In this document: positions 11,474 to 23,399 of the stretch, one piece after another
Numbering within the stretch: the first letter of the stretch is position 1
Layout of the letters: each line of letters begins with the position of its first letter
Assembly: GCA_043228905.1 (NCBI GenBank)
Contig: JBHGNT010000003.1
Location: forward strand, 3,038,001-3,102,000
Source: Azolla caroliniana
Lineage: Eukaryota > Plantae > Polypodiophyta
Length of the DNA stretch: 64,000 nt
Direction: 5' to 3'
Notes under the pieces: generated by a model
The model's input: the letters and a program-made list of their open reading frames with translations, nothing else
The model's database searches: none
What the model was told of the DNA's origin: nothing
Made by a program: the position numbers and the translations under genes

Positions 11474-11531
11474 TGTAACCCCCTTGGGAGGAGGGTGGAG
11501 TCGTTCTGGGCTTCACCCCCCACCCACAACA
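11150..11531 (+). repeat. 3' LTR with expanded (CT)n microsatellite
   Basis: TGTGCCCGTAGGAGTGTACAGGG...CACCCACAACA followed by TSD CAAAT. (CT)n spans about 11395-11470. Confidence 0.8.
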
Positions 11532-14500
11532 CAAATGACACTCCTAACATAGTTGGCACTCGTGGAGAAACTCGTCGCAAAAACGAGAGAGTGATGTATG
11601 AATTCAACAATGGGTAGAGAATGCCCATGCATGGCCTAGTATTACCATGGTTGGTAACTTGAACACTCCCCCCCCCCCCCCCCCCCCCCAATGAAGCCAA
11701 GCATATAACTAATATTGTTGGATGCATATTAAAATCTATATGGTTGACCCCGCACTATAACAATATTGGGTGAGCATGAGTGCCATATATTTATCATGAG
11801 TTCTTGGTAAACTACATGCGAGTATGTAAGAATGGTGAGTACAAAATATATATGTGGATTGAAGTAACAATATCTAAATACAAACATGATTTGGTATGTT
11901 GTTACATTCCTCGTATACAATCCAATTATTATAATTTGTATGAACTAGATCAAAGCGATCCTTTTAAAAAATGTGTGTTCTCACATTCTTACATATGAGA
12001 AGATTGAAAAAGTATTGCTTGTGAAAGATTTTAATACTAGAGTTGGAACTTATCAAAATATGAAAGTTGATAATAAGGTAATGGTGTCAACTTCAAAGCA
12101 TGTGCCATAAGATTGATAATCTAAAGATTCTCAATGGCACTTTGTGTGTTTTCAATATGGCCCATCCTCAATAATTCAAACCACGTGCCCTTATACTTGC
12201 CCATTGCTACAAAAAACTCACACATTGACCAAGAGATTAGGATACACAAGGAAAAGAGGTACACTACAAGACTTCGCATATCAAATAACTAAACTCTATG
12301 AAAATGAGGTTGAGAATCATGTCATGAACCTCTCCGTTAGTAAATATGTGAAAAAATAAGTTGGCAGCAATTGGCAGATGTCTTTCTCAAGGTAGAGTAT
12401 CTATCAAAAGTGCACATGTAGGTGGACATCAAGTGCTTGTTTTCCTATACGAATCTTAATTAACGTTAAAATAAGGAAGAAAGGGTGCTAGACCACCCAA
12501 TCACCCCTAGCGAAGATGAGAGACGGAATTGAATCCTTACCCTTTATTCCTTGTGAACTAAGCCCACACCTACTAATGTTAAGATTAAAGAACTACAGTT
12601 CATTATACCATACGATTTCGCTCAAAACATTTCCCATGTAATACTTCGTTCAAAAAATAAAACATACATACACGTTATTACCCTCGTTTTTTCCATATGC
12701 CATGAAACTCAAAACATTGTTGTTTTGCATGTTGGGTGTCACCCTTGATGTTATCCAAAGAACCTCCCTCGTAGATTATGCACAATCTTTGTCAAAATCA
12801 CGGTAATTGTCCAAAGGGTTATATAATAATTTGATGATTATTCTACATCATCATCAAAGTAACCCAATAGAGTTAGTAATATCATGCATTACAAAAGAAT
12901 CTAAAAGATCATCATCATAAATGCATGTCCATTTTCAAATTAAATCCAACTATTCACAAACTTTCATGATTGATGAAATCTATGGCAATATGATATAGTG
13001 ACTATTTCTAGTAACAGGTAAGTACTAAGGACTTTTGTGAGTTAGCCTTCTAGAAATGTTTTTCAAGGACATGTACTCATCGGAATTACCTCCAAGGTTA
13101 CACCTAACACTAAGTAGAAAATAAGTAACATGAATCGTTGTCAAAATAATAGTACGTTGAAATTAATCCAATGTTACCTTGGGTTAAAGCTTTTCGATGT
13201 TGCCCAATTTTCTTTATTAGTGATCTGAATGAAAATTCATAAAAATGTCTCCAAAGTCAGATTTGTATTTTATACATAATAACAACTAACGACGGGTTTA
13301 ATGGTGTGCTTGTAATAAATTTCTCCATGTTTGTACTTTGATATCAAAGTCACAACATTAGTTTAAGATCATATTCACTAATACATTGCTCCTAAACGAT
13401 GTACTTAGACAATGACAATATGCTCACTATTTGCCATAAAATTCATAACTCTTGTTTTGGCATTGTCCAATGTTTGCATAGTAAACTTATTGTTATTGCA
13501 TTGCATAATTTGGCCCTTTCATCATAAAATCTCATGATTCGTGAATAATAACAACGCATTGATATCTTCTTCATTTTTCATTTCTCCCATTAAAGACATT
13601 GCTAATAAAGATCTTAACTAAAGCCTTCATTGTGCCATTATCCAAAGTTTGTTATCACTAACAATAAAAAGCAAAGTCGAATTTCCGCAAGGTACACATT
13701 ACGAATCCATATGCATACAATAAATAAGATGTCAATACTCAATACCATCAAGTGCACATATTTTCGAAATTTAAATCTTATTAATACTTTTTTATAAATG
13801 TTTGAAGATAGACAAATATATATATGGCAAAACTTCCACTTTGTGTTTGGAAATCTATAGATGACAATTCCTTTCGTAAAAGATAAAAGTCACATAAGCG
13901 CGCGCACAGGTACAAACTTCTATGTAAAAGAACAAATTCATTGGTTAAGCCATGATATCTAGGAAAAAGAACCACAACAATGTCTAGAAAAAGATACCTC
14001 GGTAACATGAGAGTGAAATACATCGGTATTTGAGGGAGGTTCAACATATACATATTCATAGTTAGTTGACTTAGACATTCCATGTCGTAATAAATAGAAC
14101 ATAGGTTATTTCCGATGGTGTATAAGTAGAGTTGACAATTTGATAGTTTTGAGCACTAATTATAATTGCATAGTGTTATGCCTCTATGTTATTCCCATTA
14201 CCATTGTAGCAACATGCGGTAACCAACTTATATAGATTCGTATTAATGTTCTTGATTAGCCTATTAGAGTGGGTCTTGATTGAGAATTTTATGTGTGAAA
14301 TAGTATGGTTTATATGCATACCACCAAACTTGGATTTCATACGAGTTAGATTGGGTGTATCATGCACGTCATTGTAAGTGTACTAACTATGATGTTTCGC
14401 TTGTCTTGAATTTTGAAACTTCCATTATGTAGGATAATGCATGTAAGTGAATAGTGCACATCAAATGCATGTGTCCCACTCTCTTAATAGTTTGTGCATG

Positions 14501-17500
14501 TAAATACATGGTTTAACTATCCATCCTCGTTCATAGATGGCGTAAATGTAAATTATTAAATTGCAAATACAAGAAGAGACATACCTTATTATGATATATC
14601 AGCACGACAATGGATTCTATTCAACATTTGTATTAACAAACAACAAATTGTTTTGTAGCATGCGAATTCGTGCATATGACAAAATGGTGTGCACTATGTT
14701 TGCCTCTTACTTGTGAATATGTTGATTAATTATGGATCAATGTACAAAAAAATGTTGCTAATTATCTACATTACCTCTCCAAGTTCTCACCAATGTGTAG
14801 GGATTTTTAGGAAGATTGGATATGTAAAGAAAGCAAGAAAAAGAAAGGAACCGTAAATAGAGAAGAGATCCAATTTTGGCGAGAAGAGTACTCTAAGAAT
14901 TTCATGAGCATAAAGGGTAATTTAGTAAATTTTAACTAGAAGTAAGCATTCAAAATAGTCTCAACATGTTGCATACTAGTGTCTACGAGTGTTCTCTATA
15001 TATACAAATATAATACAAAATAATTGGTTCTAATTTCAAACAAAGAATTGCGAGACTAAACTGTCCATTGGAGGTGAATGTCCCTGGTTTCTTTTGCAAA
15101 GATGTTCTATGAGAACTTTTGAATAAATTCTTATACATCCCACATAGATGACACATTTTCTACACTTGACCATTTAGTTTATCTCCCTTTGGATTAAACC
15201 TAGGTTTTCTTTTTGTGGTTCCAAGGGAGATAACCCAATGCTCCCCACACTATTCTCACTTTCCTTGTTTGGATTGCTGCCAATGGTTCTCTTAGGAGGA
15301 AAAGCCTACAAGAAAGCAATGGTAGATGTTCTCTTTTCCCATTTCATCACAGAACCAATGGCAATAACCTTGTTGTTCCACACAAGGCCTTTTCCAAAAC
15401 GACATCTATTTACTCAATTGCCCTCTTCAATTCATCAAGTTCTACCATTATTGATATTGTTCATTTGGTATGTGTACGTCGCAATAACTAGCTCATGTGA
15501 AGGTCTGGCTCCATTGAGTCCCCTCTCATAAAGGTGAGAATGTTTTATCTATAAGTAATTTGTAAGGTTTCACATTGCGCTTTGATACTTACTATGTGTG
15601 GCAAGGTCTTTAGTTTGTTGTGGGTAGGACTTGTTGTCATCATTTTGCAAAATTATTTGGCCTCATGGAAACTTCCTTACCTTCTAAATTTTGGGTGATT
15701 GTTTAAAATGATCCAATATATTTCATCCATACTCAACATTGCTCTATATTTGACTTCATTGACATTAATTGTTAACCAAATGTTGGGTCCATACCAAATA
15801 ACATTTCACAATCCTAACATAAACATAAGTATTTCAAAGGAACATGCATGCATTTATTCATCTTTAATTAGTATACCATAGGAACAATTTAGAACACATG
15901 CATAGAAATTCAAGTGCATGCTGGTTGGAATTATGAACAAGTAAATCTCATTAGTATATCACCATGCCCATTAAATGATTTAATTTTGTATTTGTGACTA
16001 TATCATTGCATCATGGTGAGTCGTGAGAATACTCAAAATAGTTTTTTCTTCCTAATGAAGAATTAAGGATCTAGCACTCTAGCGCATAATGTGATTTGTG
16101 ACATTATTCAACTTTAAAAGTAACATCTCCAATATCTAACTACATACAACCAAAAGTGAGACCAAGTAGCTCACAAAAACGTATTGGTTATCCCAACATA
16201 ATAATGTCTAAAATGTGAAAAGTACATATTGCATGAGCATTTGCATGCATTAGTTTACAAGAGAAATGACAGAGATATTTTGTTAGCCAAATGAAGGCTT
16301 AAGTATGTGTATGTGATCAAACCTCCATTTCACAAATAAAAAAGACACAAGAATCAACCAACATATGTGAGATCATATTGTATTGAATCAACATGGCTTC
16401 ATTGTTCGATAAAATCGTCTTCCAAAGCAATCATCGTTTTAATATTTGAGAATGCACACACATAAACAAGTATTTTTGCTAGTTTGGATTCCTAAGACTT
16501 TGAGACAACATGCAAAAGTCTGAATACTTTCTATTGTCCGTTGATAATATCGAGGAAACAATCGTAGCGTATATGCTTAGATCAGTGCTATGAAGAGGGG
16601 CAGAGGCAAAGTGATATTTCAATACTCGTTACAAAATAAAGGAAAAGCGAGAGTCTTGTATGCAGATACCTTGATTTTGAGGCCTTACGACTTACAAAGT
16701 TGATCACAATACCAATGGAGAAAGCTCATGGGGAATTGAACCTGCTCCACAATCTAGACTAAACTTAATAACAAGGTGTTAGCAATACATAACATTTGAA
16801 CATAATTATTGAATCATATTTTGATTAGTACTAAGCGAGCATTCCGACATTTCCAAAATGGAAACTACAATTGATTGAAGAAAACATTCAAATTTTGAAA
16901 AAAATTACCAAATTACCATTTCGTTTTTCGCAAATCCGATTCAAATCTGGACTAGCGCAGTTTTAACTGTCATGTAACCACTATTATTATTTGATGGAGA
17001 AGCATGCTTAGCACCCAAGCAACCATAACTTATTGCTCTATAATCAATGTCAATGTGGTAATGTAATGTAAGATGATGAGTCATTGAGTTATACATGTTT
17101 GATAAAATAGTGGTGTTTTTCACACAAGTACTAGAATTTGGTTTTTGATTAGGTTTTGAGAGGAAAGATGAAGGTTATTTGTATGGGGGAGGGTTTTGGA
17201 TAATTTTAAATTTGTTCATATTTTCTCTCACTTTACGTTAATTACAAATATAGCCTTCCATCACTTAGAGTCTCTTTGAAGCAACAAGGAAACAGAGTTT
17301 CTGTCTCTCTGCCTCCTACTTATCTTATTCTGTTTCTCTTATGACTGTTCTTCTATGACTGTAAAAGCTCTCCATTTTAGTTCAAAATAAAGGTAACCGA
17401 AAGACTCTTCGTTTCTTTCCTTTCTTATCCTTCTTTTCTTTTTTCATCCCTTCATATATATATATATATATTGCCATAGTTCAGAACCTCTCACAAACAG

Positions 17501-17658
17501 ACATTCTCTGTTTTTTTGAGGCACACATGTATTTACATATATTTTGGGCGGCTTCTATCCGATGAGCTCAAAGAAGCTGAATGAAGAAAGGCAGAAATGT
17601 GGCTGTATATAGGTAAGAACAAAAGAAGAAAGAAAAGAAAGGGGAGAAATAGTATGTG

Positions 17659-20600
17659 ATGCGATGCCTCATATGTATTGAAAAAAGCATGAAAGACCTG
17701 AAGTGGTTATCCACAAGGTGGTTCCTTGTGAACTTCATGATTGCATGTATATATGTGGGAACAGGGCAATTATCAGACACTCTCTCTATACTCAACTCTC
17801 AAGCTTCGCCCATATGGGCGCCTTCGGGAATAATGGTGGCTGCAGTCCTCATATTTGGGAACAAAGTATTTCCAGGAATCCTCTCTGGTACCATAGCCAT
17901 CAATATTTGGTATTTCCAGAAGCAAGAGGTCCGATCGTACCTCCCAGCCTCAATTGCTTTTGGTATATTCTCGCTGGTTGAGAGCCTTTCTTGTGCTTGG
18001 CTCCTCACACACCCACTTTGCTACACCAATGGTTGCTTTACTTGGCAGGTATGTCTTATTCTGGTGATTGACTTGGTAGTTTACTCTGATAGTATCAATG
18101 ATATAAAATTGAGAGGACCCAAGTTCAATCCTTGCCATTGCACTAGGCTCTGTTCCATAGATCATATTCAGTCTCCGTGGGCATTACTAATCTATTGGCT
18201 TGTCCTCTTTTATTGCCATTATCAACTTTCTTGTGTAGCCTTTTGTTTTACCAAGTAGTCACTAATCTTGAGGAGTAGAAAACACCTTTGAAGAGTAAGG
18301 TTCGATACTTATGTGATTGAAATGGATGATTGCAAACAGGATGCTCGTGAAGGCACTCAAACGGTTGACACATTACATGATGCATTATGGCTATTCATTG
18401 TTGCTCCGGTCACTACACTTATTGCTGGAACTGGAAACGCTCTCGTTCTTTCACTATCTAGGATATCTACTTGGAGCCATTTCATGCGAATTTGGCCAAC
18501 TTGGGTTCTTGGTGACCTATCAGCTATTTTATGCTACACACCATGCATTCTTCATCTATGGAACCTCTTCCATGAGGATTTCAAAACGTTTTGTTGGGGA
18601 AGAAGCAAGCCCATGAAAGCTTGTCAAAGGCTCTGTAAGCTTGGAATTAATGGAAAACCTTCTTTGAGCACTTGGGTAGAAGAAACTACAGCTGATTCGT
18701 ATGTAATGCAATCCGATATTGAGAATGTGCTTCACAATGGGAGTTCTTTGACAATATGGAATAGCACAGATTCAAATATTGTTCCCGGGTATTGCCAATC
18801 GTCTAATAGGGTCAATGTTGATGGTTGCAATGAGTGTATGAGAGAAAAGTGTATAATGGCGAACACTTCAAGGAATATCTGTGAAAGAATGGCAAAAAAC
18901 GATCCAGGCTTCTCAATCCGGATCTTTCTCATTAGGCTTTTGGAATGCATGGTTCTATTCCTTATCTTAACTGCACTGTCTATGTTCATATTCTTCAACC
19001 TTGGAGCCCCGACGAATGAATTCGTGCAACACTTATCTTACTTGGTATTTCCTGTGGTCATTTGGGCATCATTTCGGTTCAATCGTGTTGGGCTTCCTTT
19101 GTCAGTTGTGGTAGTAGCCGTGATTGCCAGTGGGGGTACTGCAAAACACCATGGGGCTCTTTACCATGATGATAATAGTGACAATTCATTGCTCCAGGTG
19201 AAACACTCTGCAGAAATCTCAAGGACTAAAAGACTATTTTTTTAAAAATAGGAAAACAACATGCTGAAATACCCCTACTGGAACTGGGCTGTCTGATGAG
19301 TCTGAGTCAGTTTTGGGACAGTCTCCCAGTTGGGACAAACTGAGGGCATTACTTTTGTAGTACTCGATCGCAAAATTATTACTAGAATACAGCTAACAAA
19401 GAATCATCTCTCTGTTTCATAGGTGCAAATGTTTGTGAGTGTATTGGCCATGGTAGCGATAACGTTGGCCGCAATAGTGCACGACCGGAAACAAATGGAA
19501 GGGGAATTGAATGAGATGAATTTCACTCTAGAATCTCAGGTAGAGTATATTTATATATCCCATTATCCTCTAGTTGGAGTTTTGTTCTTATGATGGCTTT
19601 ATGTGCTAAAATAATAAAATTCATTTTTAACCTATACATTACAAAACTATGTAGGTTAGAGAACGCACAAAAGAGCTGCGACAAGCAAACCTGGAGTTAC
19701 AATCTTCACAAGCAGCAGCAGAAGAGGCCAGCAAAGCCAAGTCTGAGTTTCTTGCCAACATGAGCCATGAAATCAGGTAAATATTTATATATATTTGAAC
19801 TATCATTCTTGTAATTAAGATTTTGGTTCTTTGAAAAGCATGAAAATGTATGCATCTATACTATATGATGACAGGACACCGATCCATGGCATCATTGGCA
19901 TGACTTCTTTAGCTCTTGATACAAACCTCTCAGATGAACAGAGGGAGCATCTTGAAACTGTTTCTCAGTCTGCCGATTGCCTCCTCCACATTGTGAATGC
20001 GATACTTGACCTTGCAAAGATTGAAGCTGGGCGATTGGAACTTGAGCATATTCCATTTAGTCTTTCTGCTACCATTGAATCAACTATGAAGATGCTTCAA
20101 GTAAGTAGAGAGTGCCACTCTTATTGTACGAAAGGATGTTTCTAGGTTTATCATCATTCTGAAGGAAATGTTAAAGCATTCGTCCACATTCAGCATCCAT
20201 ATTTATTGTGTTGAGCTGAGAAAACTTTTCCATTTATACAATCTCATCATGACCCTGTGTCTTTAATGCAGGTTAGAGCCACACCAAAGAACTTAATTTT
20301 GTCTTGTCATATATCTCCTGATGTCCCAAAGTGCTTGATCGGAGATGCTGGCCGGTTACAGCAATGCATACTTAATCTCGGTAAGTTGATGTTATTCCAA
20401 ATCAAAATGAGCCATCTACTGAATTTAATAATGCTTTTAAATCTTGTAGTTGGAAATGCCATCAAGTTTACACAAGAGGGATCTGTTTCAGTGTCGGCAA
20501 AGTTGTACACAAGTGAAGAGACTGTACATCCAAGAAATGTTGCCCAAAGATTATCTTTTAAGAGTTCTTCTAGCTCTAGCGCATTTGGGTCTTCAAAATA

Positions 20601-22024
20601 CTTACTCAAGCATGACCTCTGGCACTCTATTTCTTTGGGTGAAGATATTGACTTGTCTGGATATACTGATAAATCCACCTCAAAAGGTACAAGGAATACA
20701 ACATCATCATTTGAAGCTGACCGGTTATGTGGGACATGCCAAATCTCAACACTGAATAATGAGAATGGAAACTTGAAGTCTGAAGACAATTTAGAGAAGG
20801 GGAAAATACAGGTGTTGTTTTCAGTGACTGACACTGGGATCGGTATAAGCAAGGAAAATCAAGAAGAGATATTTAAAGCTTTTTCGCAAGCGGATAGCTC
20901 TACGACACGGTTGTATGGAGGAACTGGCTTGGGGCTTAGCATTGTTGAAAGGTTTGAGAAGATTATCAATCTCATTATTATTTTAGCAAAGCTATATATA
21001 TATATGTATGTATATGTGTATTTATATATGTGAAATCTCTATCTAATTCAGACGCGTTTTGTATGTTTTCCCCTTTTACCAGGTTAGTCGGAATGATGGG
21101 TGGGTTCATCTGGCTTGAGAGTGAATTAGGGAAAGGTAGTTCGTTCTACTTTGTTGCTTCTTTTGAGAAAGGTGATCTGTCCACTTTTGAACCATCACCC
21201 TCCCAGAAAAGTGGAGTTGGGGAAGTTTTCCTCAATCACTCTCTCATATCTCGACCTTCTTCTCTTACCAAAACTAGCGATGTCAAGAAGAAGATGGCCA
21301 ATACTTGCAAAGAAACAGAGCAAACATGTGCATCTGATGCTGAAATATTGAATTGTGATTACAAACTCATTCCTCACGATCCTACACGAGAACATGCAAC
21401 TGTGAAATATTTGGATGAAACACTCTCCGAAGCTTCCATTATCTCTGAAACACTAGAAAAGAATTCATTGAAGCTGGAACTTGATAACCCATTTCTTTTC
21501 TTCAAAGGAATGAATGTTCTTCTGGCAGAAGATAATGTGGTAAATCAAAAGGTTGTATGCCAACAACTCAAGAAATTCGGAACTGTTGTCGAGGTTGTTA
21601 GTGATGGACAGCAATGTCTTGATGCCCTCGAGACCAGTCGAGAAAAATACGATCTTATCCTCATGGATGTTCAGGTAAAGGGGAACAAAAAAACAAGCAC
21701 GTTATATTCCATTCTTTTGCTTTACATAAAAAGGTGTTTTCTTTTGTTCAGTGTGTGTTGTTAAATAGAATATTATTTTTGCAATAGATGCCAGTATTAG
21801 ATGGTCTTGAAGCAACAAAAGTAATAAGAAGAAATGAGGAGGAACTTGGATATCCACATAAGCCCATCATCGGTCTAACTGCACATGCCATACAAGGCTA
21901 TAAAGATAAATGCTTGGAGGCTGGGATGGATGCATATGCATGTAAACCTTTCCAAGCTAAACAACTCATTGAAGTCATTCAAACAGTGATGCGGCCAATA
22001 ATAAAGGGTGATGGTAATGAGTAA
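17659..22024 (+). CDS. Hybrid sensor histidine kinase: MASE1 membrane sensor - HisKA - HATPase_c - receiver (9 exons, about 1050 aa)
   Basis: GT-AG exons 17659-18048, 18340-19197, 19423-19539, 19655-19776, 19875-20100, 20272-20380, 20450-20951, 21083-21674, 21788-22024 sum to 3153 nt in frame. Motifs: H-box [22 protein letters not shown]; N-box [16 protein letters not shown]; G1 VTDTGIGI; F/G2 [25 protein letters not shown]; receiver [29 protein letters not shown]. The N-terminus [15 protein letters not shown]...[14 protein letters not shown] is MASE1-like. Confidence 0.9.
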
Positions 22025-22440
22025 TGATGATGGTGATCTGATGCCGATGCCAATGAGGACGACGGTTACAGTGACAAGAACAAGGACAAGCATGCTGATG
22101 ATGTTAATTATGATGGTGATGGTGAAAGCAATGAAGATGAAGATGAGGATGATAATGATGATGATGGTGTGCAACTATACAGCCATTGCTCAACATTGCA
22201 AGCAACATGATGACAGTGACAGTGGCAGCGACAGTGATGGTGATGGTGATGAGGATGATGCCATTATACAATACAGCCATTGCTAAACATTGCAAGCAAC
22301 GCAAAGCCATTGCTGAAGCCAAAGCCAAAGCCAAAGCCAACACAAATACTGATGGTGATGGTGGTGATGATGATAGTGATGGTGACAAGGATGATGATGT
22401 GCCCCATATACAACACTATACAGTCATTGCCCAACATTGA
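22010..22440 (+). repeat. Low-complexity (GAT/GGT)n region with three copies of ATACAGCCATTGCTCAACATTGCAAGCAAC-like units
   Basis: Units lie near 22177, 22272 and 22418, separated by GAT-rich tracts and a GCCAAA run. Confidence 0.75.
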
Positions 22441-23399
22441 AAGAGACCTAGAACATCATTGAAGTCATACTTGTTCAGCTTCTTATTTAACAAATCAAGA
22501 AAAAAGGCTTGTATGCAATGCCGGATCAGTTCTTTTTTGAGGAGAAAATATCTTCTCTAATATCAAATAAGGCTTAAAAAATTTGTAAACAATACATGAT
22601 GAGCCATCATGCTTGTTGAAATGGTTCTTTATCACTAGTGACATATTTTCCTCCAAGTTGATCACTTGATGGAAAACAGAGGGGTTTATGCCTCATGGCT
22701 AACCAATAGGTTGCAAGTTCAATTCTCATGTTCTGTCAATTGATGGGATTGCAGTGTAAAACTCTCCATTGTATATTTACCAAAATACCCTGAGACAGGA
22801 TTCCAAAAAATACCCTTTCATGTCTCAGTCCTACAATTTCCCTTTGTCTCTACATTTCATCTTTTCTCTATATAATTTCCTCCAAGCCGTAGTGAAACAA
22901 AGAAAGATACAATACTTGTCTCTAAGAGGTCATAATTCACATGTTCCATGCCCTTGTGAAAATGGGAATTGAATCTTGAAACAGTTTGACTTTAGAAACA
23001 AAAAACCAGAATAAATATGCAATGCATTCAGATGTTCCATGACCTAGAGAAAATAAAACAATACTTGTTTGCTAAGCAGTCATCTCCAATATTGGCTAGT
23101 TGAAGATGAAAAGAAAATTAAATGGAGAAAACACCATTACTGCTGGTTGATAATGGGTTTGATTAGTTGATGATGTGAATAATGATATTGCAAGTGATTT
23201 GTGCATGAAATTGAGCTATTGCTCAATTGGTTCCAACTCCTTTATAATGTTGTGGTAGTGACGTTACTTGTGTTGTACTTGATTGATCTATAACATGGGA
23301 AGGAAGGGTGATGGTGTCAATAAAGGTCATGAGGGTTGTTCGCTACTATGGTTTATACACTTAGCAATATCTTTTGAAAACTTCTCTCATCTCTTGATT

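Larger units (their letters stand above)
8638..11531 (+). mobile_element. Non-autonomous LTR retroelement (about 2.9 kb) carrying a captured RRM gene
   Basis: The 5' LTR 8638-8923 (TG...CA) and 3' LTR about 11150-11531 are homologous. The 5-bp TSD CAAAT is at 8633-8637 and 11532-11536. PBS-like TGGTACGCCCAAAAGGAC at 8925-8942 resembles tRNA-Arg PBSs of Tat/Ogre Gypsy elements. No gag or pol is recognisable inside. Confidence 0.82.

Noticed and set aside
11340-11727. ORFs with SL/RE dipeptide runs (also at 44404, 50848-51197 and 22008-22462)
   Set aside because: They are artefacts of microsatellites and low-complexity sequence.
12400-14900. Possible Helitron/PIF1 helicase remnant on the minus strand (LWRHF...FRSLIKKIG-like trace near 13150-13340)
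   Set aside because: The similarity is too fragmentary and the termini are not identifiable by eye. A translated HMM search is needed.
19285-19350. Hammerhead-ribozyme-like CTGATGAGTC...GACAAAC in HK intron 2
   Set aside because: The conserved GAAA is missing (GAC-AAAC) and I cannot build stems I/III with an NUH site. It is more likely a small inverted-repeat or MITE fragment.
17659-22024. Bacterial contamination as the source of the MASE1 kinase
   Set aside because: It has eight canonical GT-AG introns and is embedded among plant genes and plant TEs.
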